Source of the DNA: Eledone cirrhosa
Lineage: Eukaryota
Assembly (NCBI GenBank): GCA_964016885.1
Contig: OZ024765.1
Coordinates: 10,788,001-10,852,000, forward strand
DNA: 64,000 nt
Direction of reading: 5' to 3'
Positions 16,262 through 29,204 of the stretch are shown in pieces. Position 1 is the first letter of the stretch. The number at the start of each line of letters is the position of its first letter. Made by a program: the position numbers and the translations under genes. Under the pieces are notes generated by a model. The model was not told the DNA's origin, made no database searches, and saw only the letters and a program-made list of their open reading frames with translations.

Positions 16262-16511
16262 TATAGGAAAAAGAATGACCCCGACGACAGAGCTCAAGCC
16301 GTTTCGACGGCTATATCTGGACTCAGAAATAGCCGTCGAAACGGCTTGAGCTCTGCCGTCGGGGGTCATTCTTTTTCCTATATATATATACATATAGGAA
16401 AAAGAATAACCCCCAACGGCAGAGCTCAAGCCGTTTTAACGGCTATTTCTGAGTCCAGATATAGCCGTTGAAAAGGCTTGAGCTCTGCCGTCGGGGTCAT
16501 TCTTTTTCCTA
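16262..16511. repeat. Two adjacent fold-back hairpins of about 118 bp, mutually inverted
   Basis: taggaaaaagaatgacccc...gagctcaagccgtttcgacggcta / tagccgtcgaaacggcttgagctc...ggggtcattctttttccta, present twice. Third copy at about 37870-37987. Confidence 0.85.
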
Positions 16512-16988
16512 TTACCCACTCTACTACCCTAAATATTGAGTGCGTTATGGTCCATCTGGTTCCTTACCACAATTCCTTTGTTATATATATATATATATAT
16601 TCATTTTGCAAGATTTTTTATCTGAAAACGTGTGTTGAAACAGATATTGTTATACTTTGGGAGGGTCATGCTGCCAATAAACACACACACACCTGTTGGT
16701 TTTAACTTCAATTTATTATAAATTTCCAATTGGTTAGTTTAATAACCGGATGGTTGTTTATTTGTTTATTGTCAAATTTCTTTCATCACACATTCTGTGA
16801 CCTCCTCAGTTACTAATTTAATTTGTGACCATAACCAACTGGAAATTTATGATAAATTAAAGTGAAAACCAACGGGTGCATGTGTTTTTATCGGCAGCAT
16901 GACCCTCCCAAACTATAACTATATATATATATGTGCGTGTGTGTGTGTATTTTATTTTTCATTATTTATGTCAAATTGTTATTTACAG

Positions 16989-16994
16989 GAACAG
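16989..16994 (+). CDS. Candidate 6-nt microexon (EQ)
   Basis: T-rich AG-free tract ending atttacag, then GAACAG, then gtttgt. Phase 0 to 0 matches the surrounding intron. Confidence 0.3.
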
Positions 16995-17204
16995 GTTTGT
17001 ACAGTCATGCGTACAAAAAAGAAAAAATCAAAAAGTACCTCTTTTCACTTTATGATCAATATTAACCCATATCTCACAGCTAGGTTGATATATTAACCCA
17101 TATATCATAGCAAAATACTACACACAGGTGATATATCACTGTAGATATCATAACAAAAACACTATACACATATATGCACACATATTTATATGTATGTATA
17201 TATA

Positions 17205-17249
<45 letters not shown>

Positions 17250-17775
17250 ATATATATGTATGTATGTATATATGTATGTTTGTATATACATATGTTTATG
17301 TATATATATATATATTTTTATATATGCATATATGTATGTTTATATATGTATATATATATGTTTATATATGCATATATGTATGTTTATATATGCATATATA
17401 TATGTTTATATATGCATATATATATGTTTATATATGCATATGTATATGTATATATACATGCAAATATATATGTGTATATATATATATATATGTATATGTA
17501 TGTATATATATATATATGCAAATATATATGTATGTATATATATATGCAAATATATATGTATGTATATATATATGCAAATATATATGTATGTATATATATA
17601 TGCAAATATATATGTATATATATATATATATATGCAAATATATATATATATATTTATATATATATGCAAATATATATATATATATTTATATATATATACA
17701 TCTATATACATATGTGTACGTGTGTCTGTGTATCCATTAAAATGTATTACCAAACACTATTATTTATATCATAAT

Positions 17776-17820
17776 TTAATTTACAATTGTTTCATCCTTA
17801 GAGGGACTCATCAGAATCAA
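17776..17820 (-). ncRNA. Minimal type-I hammerhead ribozyme motif
   Basis: Minus strand reads ttgatt CTGATGA gtcc ctctaa ggat GAAA caattg TA aattaa: 6-bp stem I, 4-bp stem II, palindromic stem III. Confidence 0.8.
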
Positions 17821-18063
17821 TCATTATACAAATAGTGTTTGGTGACATTTTAAATGATAAGTTGCTCTACTTGTGAATAATCTAACACAGTAGGAGTTCA
17901 CATAATTTTTTAATTTAGCCATGTGTACAGTTTATTATGATAAATTATCGTATTTTGAGCTGATATGACTTTTTCACCAACTTGTTTACAGTTTTTATAT
18001 TTGAAAATTAATTTCTTTATATATATAAAATATAAATATATAAAATATATATATATATATGTG

Positions 18064-18152
<89 letters not shown>

Positions 18153-18274
18153 TTTATATATATATATATATATATTTTATATATATATATATATATTTTA
18201 TATATATATATATATTTTATATATATATATTATATATATATATATATATATTTTATATATTTATATTTTATATA

Positions 18275-18307
<33 letters not shown>

Positions 18308-18309
18308 TT

Positions 18310-18340
<31 letters not shown>

Positions 18341-19182
18341 TTTATATATATGTGTATATATATATGTGTGTGTATATATGTATGTATATATGTATATGTG
18401 TATATGAATATGTGTATGTATATGTATATATGTGTATGTATATGTATATATGTGTATGTATATATATGTGTGTATATATATATGTATGTATATGTATATA
18501 TATGTGTGTATATATATATGTATATGTATATGTGTATGTATATAGATATATATGTGTATATATGTATATATATATATATATATGTGTGTATATGTATATA
18601 TATATATATATGTGTGTATATGTATATATATATATATGTGTGTATATGTATATATATATATATATATGTGTGTGTATATGTATATATATATATATATATA
18701 TATGTGTGTATATGTATATATATATATATATATGTGTGTGTATATGTATATATATATATATATGTGTGTGTGTATATGTATATATATATATGTGTGTGTA
18801 TATATGTATATATATATATGTGTATATGTATATATGTATATATGTATATGTATATATGTATATATATATATGTATCTATATGCATATATATTTGTATATA
18901 TATAAATATGTATATATATACATATTCATATATAATTGTATATATATAAATATGTATATATATAAATATGTATATATATAAATATGTATATATGTATATA
19001 TATGTATATATATGTATATGTATATATGTATATATATATATGTATATATATGCATATATATATATGTATATATATGTATATATATATGTATATGTATATA
19101 TGTATATATATATATGTATATATATGCATATATATATATATATGTATATATATGTATATGTATATATGTATATATATATGTA

Positions 19183-19213
<31 letters not shown>

Positions 19214-19315
19214 ATATGTATACGTATATATATATGTATATGTATATATATATGTATATGTATATATATGTATATTTAATATATAAGATCAAAAGATGGT
19301 TAAATGAGTTCCATG

Positions 19316-19386
19316 TATTTTATTATGCGCATTTCAAAAACAAATATCATCATGCAATAACATTTGTGTTTTCATCAGATAAAATA
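19316..19386 (-). ncRNA. Minimal type-I hammerhead ribozyme motif with long stem II
   Basis: Minus strand reads tattttat CTGATGA [16-bp stem II with one mismatch, gcat loop] GAAA tgcgca TA ataaaata, with a perfect 8-bp stem I. Confidence 0.8.
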
Positions 19387-22300
19387 GGACATGATATGAA
19401 GGTTAAAAAACACTTGTGGATAGTGCAGTTTTAAATCAACATGTATATGTATATATGTATATATATATATGCATATATGTATATATATATATATGTAAAT
19501 ATATGTTTATATATATGTATATATATGTATATATATATATGTATATATGTATATATATGTATATATATATATGTGTATATATATATATATATGTATATGT
19601 ATATATATATATGTATATATATATATATGTATATATATATATGTATATATATATATGTATATATATGTATATATATATGTATATATATGTTTATATATAT
19701 GTATATATATATGCATATATGTATATATATATATGCATATATGTATATATATATATGCATATATGTATATATATATATGTATATATGCATATATGTATAT
19801 ATGTATGCATATATGTATATATATATGCATATATGTATATATGTATATGTATATATATGTTTATATATATGTATATATGTATATTTATATATATATGTAT
19901 GTATATATGTGTCTGTGTATATGTATATATATATGTATATATATGTATATATGTTTATTTATATATACATGTATGTATATATATGTATATATGTTTATTT
20001 ATATATATATGTATGTATATATGTGTTTGTGTATTTGTTTGTATGTATGAAGACTATCTTCTGAATCATTGTGTAATGAAGAATAAACCACTTGAACTAA
20101 TAAAAAATTTTTTCAATACAAAAAAAATAAGAGGAAGCACACACTTCAAAAATGGTAGAATCTCTCAGAGATCCCTCCCGAAACTCCGAATTATATTTTA
20201 ATCCAGCGTCTCCTGTATGTTCTCTGACACTGCATTCTTATTTCTTTGGTGTATATAAACTGTTTGAATGAATCACGTTGTCATTTTAATTGCTTTTAGT
20301 CCACCGAATTCTCAGAGACAACTAGCGCAAATTCTGTAAGTAAACTTATTTTATTAAAAAGAAAACACACATATATATATATACACACAAACACAAATTT
20401 ACATTCATTTACATGCTTGCGAATATATATATACACACACACATAAACACAAACACACACTTACCGTATATACTCGAATATAAGCCGAAGAATTTGTGAC
20501 CAAAGGTGGTTTTGGCTGGGTTGATATCAAAAGGGTTATTGAAGTATTTTGAGTTATTTAAATAGGAACCTTTTAACCCTTTTGTGACTATATTTCTAAT
20601 GAAATACACTCTATTTTAATTAATCAAAAATTTTGAAGCATTTACTAAAATTATTAATTATTTCATTACTAAAGTAGTAAATGAACATATGGTTCTTCTA
20701 TAAAATTATGGTGGATGATTTTAATTTAAATAGGAACCTTTCAAAATGGATGATTTTGTTTCATAGAACTAGAGCTAGTTTTGGCTGAGTTGGGATCAGA
20801 AGGTTTAAGGTATTTTGAATATAAGCCGAGAAATATGTGACTAAATCATTGATGGTAAAATGGAAGGGTCGGCTTATATTCGGGAAAAATATTTTGACAA
20901 TTTTCAGCGAATTCAAATTCTACGTAAATAAGGTGCTAAAATATCTGGAGTGATTATTTTACAATTAAACACTGTTTTTCTACATTTACTACATCGGCAT
21001 TGGTGTTATTTATGCATTCACTTGAAAATATTTCCAACAAATTTTTATAATTTGAACTTTTTAATATATAAGTATCTCATGTTTTTCTCTGACAATATTT
21101 TTTTATCAATCTTTTTTTATTTTATTGCTCTTGCGCTCGCTCTCTCTCTCCTCTTGCTCTTTCTTTTTCTTACTCAGCCTCTCCCCTCTCTCACTTGCTG
21201 TCCCTCCCTCCCTCTTCTACTCTATGAATCCCTATGCAAAGTTCCCTTATTCACTATCTTGCTTTCAACTACTCCTAGCATGAGAGTGGCCGGAAGTAAA
21301 CAAAATTCAAGAAATTTGTTGAAACTTGAAACAATGGATACACATTACATAATGGAGTTGTGAAACAAAAACTGTAATCTAAGTGACACTTAAAATATTT
21401 TACATTACTCTATATTTACTATTGTATTTTTGTGCTAAAGGCTTTGTTTCACATAATATTGAATCCATGAGATTTTGATATTTATTTTGAGAACAATACC
21501 CTAAGATCAGTATGTGTGGCTAGTTATGGCCGGTTTAAACAGAAAGAGAAGATAATTCTGGCTGGATATGGCCGGTTTAAATGCTAAAGGGTTAACCCTT
21601 TAGCATTTACATTACTCCATGTATAATATTGTATTTTTGTGGTAAAGGCTTTATTTTACATAATTATCTCACATAATATGAAATTTATGAGATTTTGATA
21701 TTATTTATTTTAAGAACAATACCTTAACGTCAGTACGAGTAGCCAGTTATGGCCGGTTTAAACAGAAAGAGGTGAGAGAATTCTGGCCGGACACTTCCGG
21801 TTTAAATGTTAAAGGGTTAAACACCAAAATATTAAAACTTCGTAAATATATTTTATACTCATGAGAATTTTAAAACCATGCCATCTAAACAATGTGTTTA
21901 GCTGCCTCAACTTATAAAGGGGTTTCAATTTTTGCCCATTTCTTAGGCATAAAATAAAGGGGTTTGGCTTATATTTGAGTATATACGGTACATTCTTGCT
22001 TGCGCATATACTCCCACACACATACATACATACATTCAGATATTCATCTATGTATTCATACATATGTACCTACATTCGTTCACACTCTTGCGACGATATA
22101 CATATACACACACACATACACACGTGTAGATTTTTTCAACTTTTAACACCCTGTAATAATTTAGCAGAAAATATCTAACAGTGGGTTTGTTAATTCAAAT
22201 GTTTATGGTATCTTTATCAGTGGATAGGCCTTTGTGAAAATTTACAGTATTAGAATAAGGACTCACATTTTTAATGTGATCCTGTCAATTTTTCTTAAAA

Positions 22301-22654
22301 TAACATTGCAGATGCAAGGTTATTTATTAACTCTTAATATCTACTTAGGGTTTAGTAGAAAATATCGAAAAATGGGTTTGTTAATTCAGATGTTTATAGT
22401 AATTTTACTAGTTGACAGATCACTGTGAAAAATTGTGGTAAAGACTTTACTGTTTAATGTGATGCAATCATAGTGCTGTTTTGTACTTTTCAACAAGGTT
22501 TTATTGTAGTTTCATGCTATACCAGGCATTAGGGGTTAACATTCTGGCTATCTTTTAAATAGTACTATTCTTTAATGTTTTTACATGTTTGACTAAAATT
22601 GTTGAGGGCTGGATCTGTTTGAAAATGTACATGTTTTTATATGTGTGTGTGTGT

Positions 22655-23335
22655 GTGTGTGTGTGACAGCTCACACCTATGCAGGTTTAGCTGGCCTCCT
22701 CCAAGGTATATCTCGTTGGAGGTGTCTTGGGTGATTTAATGATATGGACCCCAGTCCTATCATCTCATTTCTACAGATGAGTAAACTGGAGCAACATGAA
22801 ATAAAGTGTTTTGCTCAAGGAAACAACACATCACCCGGTCCGAGAATTGAACTCACACCTTTCGATTGCAAGCCCAATGCACTAACCACTAAGCCATGCA
22901 TCTTCATTGTTTATACATGTTTATATGAAGCATTGTGAAAATATGGTTAAGATTTTGGAAAAGCCACTACAATGCAAGTTAGAAATACAGGAGGGAAAAC
23001 CGAAGTGAAGTAAGAAAAGCACAACAAAAAACAGCAGTTTATATTTTTACATTGTATTTCATGATATTTCAGGGTTAGGATAACTTTGTCAAAAGTGTGT
23101 GTGACAGCTCACACCTATGCAGGTTTAGCTGGCCTCCTCCAAGTTATATCTCGTTGGAGGTGTCTTGGGTAATTTAATGATAGGGACCCCAGTCCTATCA
23201 TCTCATTTCTACAGCTGAGCAAATGTGAAATAAAGTGTCTTGCTCAAGGAAACAACACATCACCCGGTCCGAGAATTGAACTCACAATATTTTTAATTGC
23301 GAGCCCAATGCTCTAACCAATAAGCCATGCTCCTT
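22655..23335 (-). mobile_element. Two copies (22655-22905 and 23097-23335) of SINE family 2 head/CORE carrying an alternative 3' tail
   Basis: Same head and CORE as 58011, but after ggggtccctatcatt the sequence continues aaatcacccaagacacc...ggccagctaaacctgcataggtgtgagctgtcacac. Confidence 0.7.
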
Positions 23336-24078
23336 CGTTTGTCAAAAGGAATGAAATGGAATGTTGTTGACAATGAGCAGTGTTTTTCTGCATAGATATT
23401 GGTTGAGAAGGGGCAGCATATACAGACTGGTATAGTCCCCTTAGCAAATCAACTTCATGTAACTCTCATTAACATTCTGTCAGAATTTAGCAGGGAATAT
23501 CTAAAAACAGGTTTTTTGTTGATTCAAATGTTTATAATGTCATTACTAGAGAGACAGATTGTTGTGAGCATGTGCAGTTTTAGAGTAGAGGCTTTAATAT
23601 TTAATGTTATGCAGTCATTGTACTGTTTTGTACTTTTCAAGAATGTCTTGCTAATGTAGTTTTATGCAGTACATGATGTTTGTATATAAGTTTCATTCCA
23701 TTTCCGCTTCGATAACTTTGATATCTTGGGTACAACATTTCTGTAGGAGTTTGTATTTAAGAGAAGAGGAACTTATGTGAATGTGTTCATGAGTGTGGTA
23801 TTTCTAAAGGGGTTTGTTTTTAAGAGAAGAGGCAATGTCGGAATAGAGGCTGTCAAAAGCAGGTCCTTTGCACCGCCAAAAGAATGACCAACAACACCTG
23901 ACACAAGACCTCAATATCCACCACATAATCCAGGGGCTGTGCCTCAAACATCTGCCTCTAATCACCAGAGTTGGTGGAGGAGGAGGAGAAGGAGTTATGT
24001 AGTGATAGTGAAGTGGGGGAGAATCATGGATGGATCAGTAGGCAGGTCTTCAGAAGAACATGCCACCATTTCTCGTCA

Positions 24079-24131
<53 letters not shown>

Positions 24132-24434
24132 TTTGAAGGTTCACCACTGGGTAGAGCTGATCAATTCCGTATGGTCAATCTTGATGTAATAATATGGAGA
24201 GCACTCAACGTAAAGCAGCTCAACCGTCTTCATTTGTGTAGTTGGCGGTGCGAGTACGGAGTTAAATATTATAATAAAATAACAGGAGGCTGGACTTGTG
24301 TAAATCCTTGAAAGGTTTATTATACTATGAGGGCGACCGGCTAAAGTGGAAGATGCTAGATGGTCGGTCGTCCTTGGGTCTATGATTTTCAGCCCCATGG
24401 ATTTTATCTGTTACATTCATTTATTATATTTCGA

Positions 24435-24492
24435 ATACCTGATGATATCACCGGATTCATACGGAACCCGGTCATTGAAATGATCATAGTAT
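24435..24492 (+). ncRNA. Degenerate minimal hammerhead motif (sense strand)
   Basis: atac CTGATGA tatcaccgg...ccggtcatt GAAA tgatca TA gtat. Stem II has two mismatches at its base. Confidence 0.6.
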
Positions 24493-24642
24493 AATAAACC
24501 TTTCAAGGATTTACACAAGTCCAGCCTCCTGTTATTTTATTATTATATAACTTTGCCTTTCATCCTTACGGGGTCGATAAAATAAAGTACCAGTAATGCA
24601 CTGGGTTATTGCTGGCCTTGTGCCAAAAGTCGAAACAATTAT

Positions 24643-24675
<33 letters not shown>

Positions 24676-25841
24676 TAATATATATGTATACACATTAAAG
24701 TATTACCAAATACAGTTTCACATTAAATGTTCGTTATTGATTTTGAAGTGAAACTATATTTGGTAATTACTTTAATGAATAATTTGCTAAATAATAAATA
24801 ATTTGTCGTGTAATTATTTTTTAACACAATAGGATTTTGTACACATCCTTGTTAGAAAATATTTTAAAGAAAGTATGAAACATGGCCTTATGTACAGTTT
24901 ATTATAATAAATTATCCTATTTTGAGCTGTTTTAACTTTTCCACCTATCTCTTTACGGTTTTTATATTTAAAAACGAAATTCTTCATATATATGTATGTA
25001 TATATATATATATATATAATATTTATATAATATATATATATAATATTTGTATTATATATATATATATAATATTTATATTATATATATATATATTTATACA
25101 ATATATATATATAATATTTATATAATATATATATATAATATTTATATAATATATATATATAATATTTATATTATATATATATATATATATATAATATTTA
25201 TATAATATATATAATATTTATATTATATATATATATAATTATATATATATATATATATATATTTATATTATATATATATATAATATTCATATTAATATAT
25301 ATATATATATATATATTTATATTATATAATATATATATATATATATAATATGTATATAATATATATAATATTAATATATAATATTTATATAATATATATA
25401 TATAATGTTTATATAATATTAATATATAATATATATGTCGACACACACACACACATATACACATATATATATATTAAAATAATAAAAAATAATATAAAAA
25501 CAAAATAAAAACACATCTTATATATTTTTCCATCCTTTATTTAATTTTTTTGTTTATATCCTCTTCCTATTTCTAAACAAAGACACCAAACAAAACAAAA
25601 CACCTAGTCATGAAACATTAGTGGCACTTTTACTATATTTCTTGTGTGTGTAGTTTAATATTTCATACCACTTGTCCTTTTTCAGTGATGCTTTTTTTTT
25701 TGGATTGTGATTCTTGTCTCTCCTCTTCTCCCCTACATTGTTGGTTGTCTTTGTTTTAAGATCACTTTATTATTCTTATTGTAGTTATTATTATTATTGT
25801 TGTTGTTGCTGTTATTATTATCGTTATTATTATTATTATTT

Positions 25842-26065
25842 GGATTGGCAGTATCGGTAGAGCGTCGAACACCATGCTTCGCGGCATAAAGTTATGGTCC
25901 TTTACGTTCTGATTCCAAATCACACCAAGGTTAGCATTACCTTTCATCCTTACAGGGTCGATAAAATAAAGTACCAGTCACGCACTGGGGTCGATTTAAT
26001 CGACTTTCCCCGCCCCCAAAATTGCTGGTCTTGTGCCTATATAAGAAACTCTTATTATTATTATT
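25842..26065 (+). mobile_element. tRNA-derived SINE family 1 (central gcctttcatccttacggggtcgataaaataaagtacc domain, probably Meta-type; (ATT)n tail)
   Basis: A-box-like tggcagtatcgg, degenerate B-box, many dispersed copies in the window. Confidence 0.75.
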
Positions 26066-26139
26066 GCATTCATGAGTTTTATATCGAATAATGATGATTT
26101 CTTTGTCAACCACAAAGGGTTTACAAAAAAATGCATTAA

Positions 26140-26364
26140 CCCTTTAGCATTTACATTACTCTCTCTATATATACTATTGTATTTTTGTGGTAAAGGCTTT
26201 ATCTTACATAAATATCTCCCATAATATCGAATCTACAAGATTTTGATGTTATTTATTTTGAGAACAATACCTTAACATCAGTATGAGTGGCCAGTTATGG
26301 CCGGTTTGAACTGAAAAAGGTTAAAAAATTCTGGCTGGATGTGGCTGGTTTAAATGCTAAAGGG
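26140..26364. mobile_element. piggyBac-type MITE (TTAA target site, ccctttagcattt terminal inverted repeat)
   Basis: ttaa|ccctttagcattt...aaatgctaaaggg|ttaa. Other copies at about 11974-12410 (tandem), 21397-21816 (tandem), 44902-45116 (inverted) and 55862-56030 (partial). Confidence 0.8.
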
Positions 26365-26894
26365 TTAAGGACAGCACAGGACAGTATGGGAAGGTACAGA
26401 TATGGGTTTCCGCGTGTAGAACAAAAGGGAAACAAAAACAAAAGATGTAACAAAAAAATAGAAACGGGGGGGGAAAAATCCCCAATGGAGGGAGACCAAC
26501 AAGGGTTACTCGTGGAGAAAGCCCACAAAAGCCACAGTCACCTTGACCGCTAGAGCAAGCGCCCTCTCCCAGTTTTCCTCCTACAATACTACAGGCACCT
26601 GCTCAGAGGCAGGCCCCTTCACACAGGCCATTCCTGCCTCTCTCACCCACCTCTCAACAAACTGGCTGGAAGGCAGCACTTCACTCTCCACCCTGATTTT
26701 CCTTTTATTCGATTCATTTACAAGCAAAAAGCCCCAAAATGCTATTATTGTTCAATATAAAACACAGCATAATGGGGCTGTTTACTTGCAAATGAATCAA
26801 ATATTAATATTATTCGATATAAAACACACAAATGCATTTACTGCTATGTTAGAGCGAAAACATTTTATTATTATTATCTGCTGATAGGTACTGC

Positions 26895-27511
26895 TGTGGC
26901 AGTATCGGTAGAGCGTCAGACACCATGCTTTGCAGTATAGAGTTATGGCCCTTTACGTTCTGATCTCAAATCCTGCCGAGGTTAACTTTGCCTTTCATCC
27001 TTACGAGGTCGATAAAATAAAGCACCAGTAACGCACTGGGGGTATTTGCTGGCCTTGTGCCAAAAGTAGAATGCCTTTCATCCTTACGGGGTCAATAAAA
27101 TAAAGTACCAGTCACGCGCTGGGGTTGATTTAATCAACTTTCCCCTCCTCCCAAATTGCTGGCCTTGTGCCTATATAAGAAGCCATTAATATTATTATTA
27201 TTATGGATTGGCAGTATCGGTAGAGGGTCGGACGCCAAGCTTTGCAGCAAAGAGTTATGGCCCTTTATGGTCTGAGTTCAAATCCCGCTGAGGTTAGCTT
27301 TGCCTTTCATCCTTACGGGGTCGATAAAATAAAGTACCAGTAATACACTGAGATAATTGCTACGGCCCTTTAATGGTCTGAGTTCAAATCCCGCTGAGGT
27401 TAGCTTTGCCTTTCATCCTTACGGGGTCGATAAAATAAAGTACCAGTAATACACTGGTATATAATTGCTGGCCTTGTGCCAAAATTAGAAACAATTATTA
27501 TTATTATTATT
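26895..27511 (+). mobile_element. Head-to-tail cluster of SINE family 1 copies and partial copies
   Basis: Repeated tggcagtatcggtagag...gagttcaaatcccgc...gctggccttgtgcc units separated by ATT tails. Confidence 0.8.
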
Positions 27512-28122
27512 GTTCTTTGAGTCTCAGTCATTGATGTTATTTAACTGGAAAGTTTGTTGAATGAATATCAAGCCACTACCTGCAGCCTCAGATATTCAGG
27601 ACGTATCGGAGGGTTCTTGCTGTTCCCAGCAAGCATGCCTTTTGAAGGTTTCCAAAAAGCGTGGCGGGGCCAATTTTCTTTAACCATCCCTGGAAACTCT
27701 TTGAGATAGTACCTAGTGCTCCTATGACAATCGGGACCACTTTGACTTCATGGCAGTTCCAAATCCTTTTTACCTCCCACTTTAAGTCCTGGTATCGGTT
27801 AATTTTCTCCCTCTCCTTCTCTTGCACTCTCGTGTCAAAGGGGCAGGCCACATCCACAATCAGACACAATCTCTTTTCCTTGTCCACAACCACCAAGTCA
27901 GACCTATTGTGTTCCAGTTTCTTGTCTGTCTGTATCCTAAAATCCCACAGCACCTTCACCTGATCGTTTTCTATCACCGACTCTGGCTTATGCTCATACC
28001 ACTTCTCAGAATATGGTACATTGTTTACTTTGCATAGATGCCAGTGGGTCACCCTGCCCATCACATCATGTCTCCAGCCTTTATAGTGAGTCTGGGCTAG
28101 GTGTTTACACTCGGATACAATG

Positions 28123-28124
<2 letters not shown>
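27512..28124 (-). mobile_element. 5'-truncated non-LTR retrotransposon, R4/Dong-like (restriction-like endonuclease C-terminus plus 3' UTR)
   Basis: Translation IVSECKHLAQTHYKGWRHD...LWDFRIQTD...HNRSDLVVVD...VDVACPFD...EKINRYQDL...VPIVIGALG...LQKACLLGT is typical of the RLE domain of R4/Dong elements. Flanked on both sides by (TAA)n. Confidence 0.85.
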
Positions 28125-28167
<43 letters not shown>

Positions 28168-28514
28168 TTATCATCATCGTGGATCTTCTGTTCTGTTTTG
28201 TCTTTCTTTTTGATATTTTAGATAGTAATCTTTATTGTAAATCTTCAATTTATTTCGTTTCTCTTCACTGTCTCCTCTAGTCTTGTTTCTGTTATCCCTC
28301 TCAAACCCACACATATATATTTTTTGGTTGAACTTTTACCTTGTCTACTTGCTCTTCTGTTTTCTGTATCTTTTCATTTCGTTTCTTTATCTCCTTCTTC
28401 TCTTCTCGTCTCTTTTATCCACTCTAGTTCCTTATAGTGCCTTGAATTTATATATATTTAGCTGCATGCATTCTCTGTAGCTTCTATAATATTTGTATGT
28501 ATTGTGTGTGAGTG

Positions 28515-28561
<47 letters not shown>

Positions 28562-28914
28562 ATGTGTGTGTGTGTGTGTATATGTGTATATATATCTATA
28601 AATATATATATATATATACACATTCATATATAAGTATATACATACATATATAAGTATATATATATGCTTATATATAGATATATATACATATTTATATATG
28701 TGTATAATATATGTATATGTGTATAATATATATATATATATGTGTATAATATATATATATATATATATGTGTATAATATATATATATATATATATGTGTA
28801 TAATATATATTAAAATAACAGATTAAAGTTTAAGCAAATATATGTGTATAATATATATATATTCATATATATGTAGGTTCATATGTATATATATATATAC
28901 ATATATATATATAC

Positions 28915-28950
<36 letters not shown>

Positions 28951-29125
28951 GTGTGTGTGTATATATATATATATGTGTGTGTATATATATATATACATGT
29001 GTGTGTGTATATATATATATATGTGTGTGTATATATATATATATGTGTGTGTATATATATATATGTGTGTGTGTATATATATATATACATGTGTGTGTGT
29101 ATATATATATATACATGTGTGTGTG

Positions 29126-29157
<32 letters not shown>

Positions 29158-29204
29158 ACTGCATTCTTATTTACAATGTAAGAAAGTAGGAAAAATGGGA
29201 CAAT

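Larger units (their letters stand above)
17160..20045. repeat. Compound (TA)n/(TG)n microsatellite fields (similar at 410-1190, 4130-5900, 28.5-30.8, 34.2-36.6, 38.1-38.6, 52.2-54.4 kb)
   Basis: Direct inspection. These are the source of the YI/CV-rich pseudo-ORFs. Confidence 0.95.
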
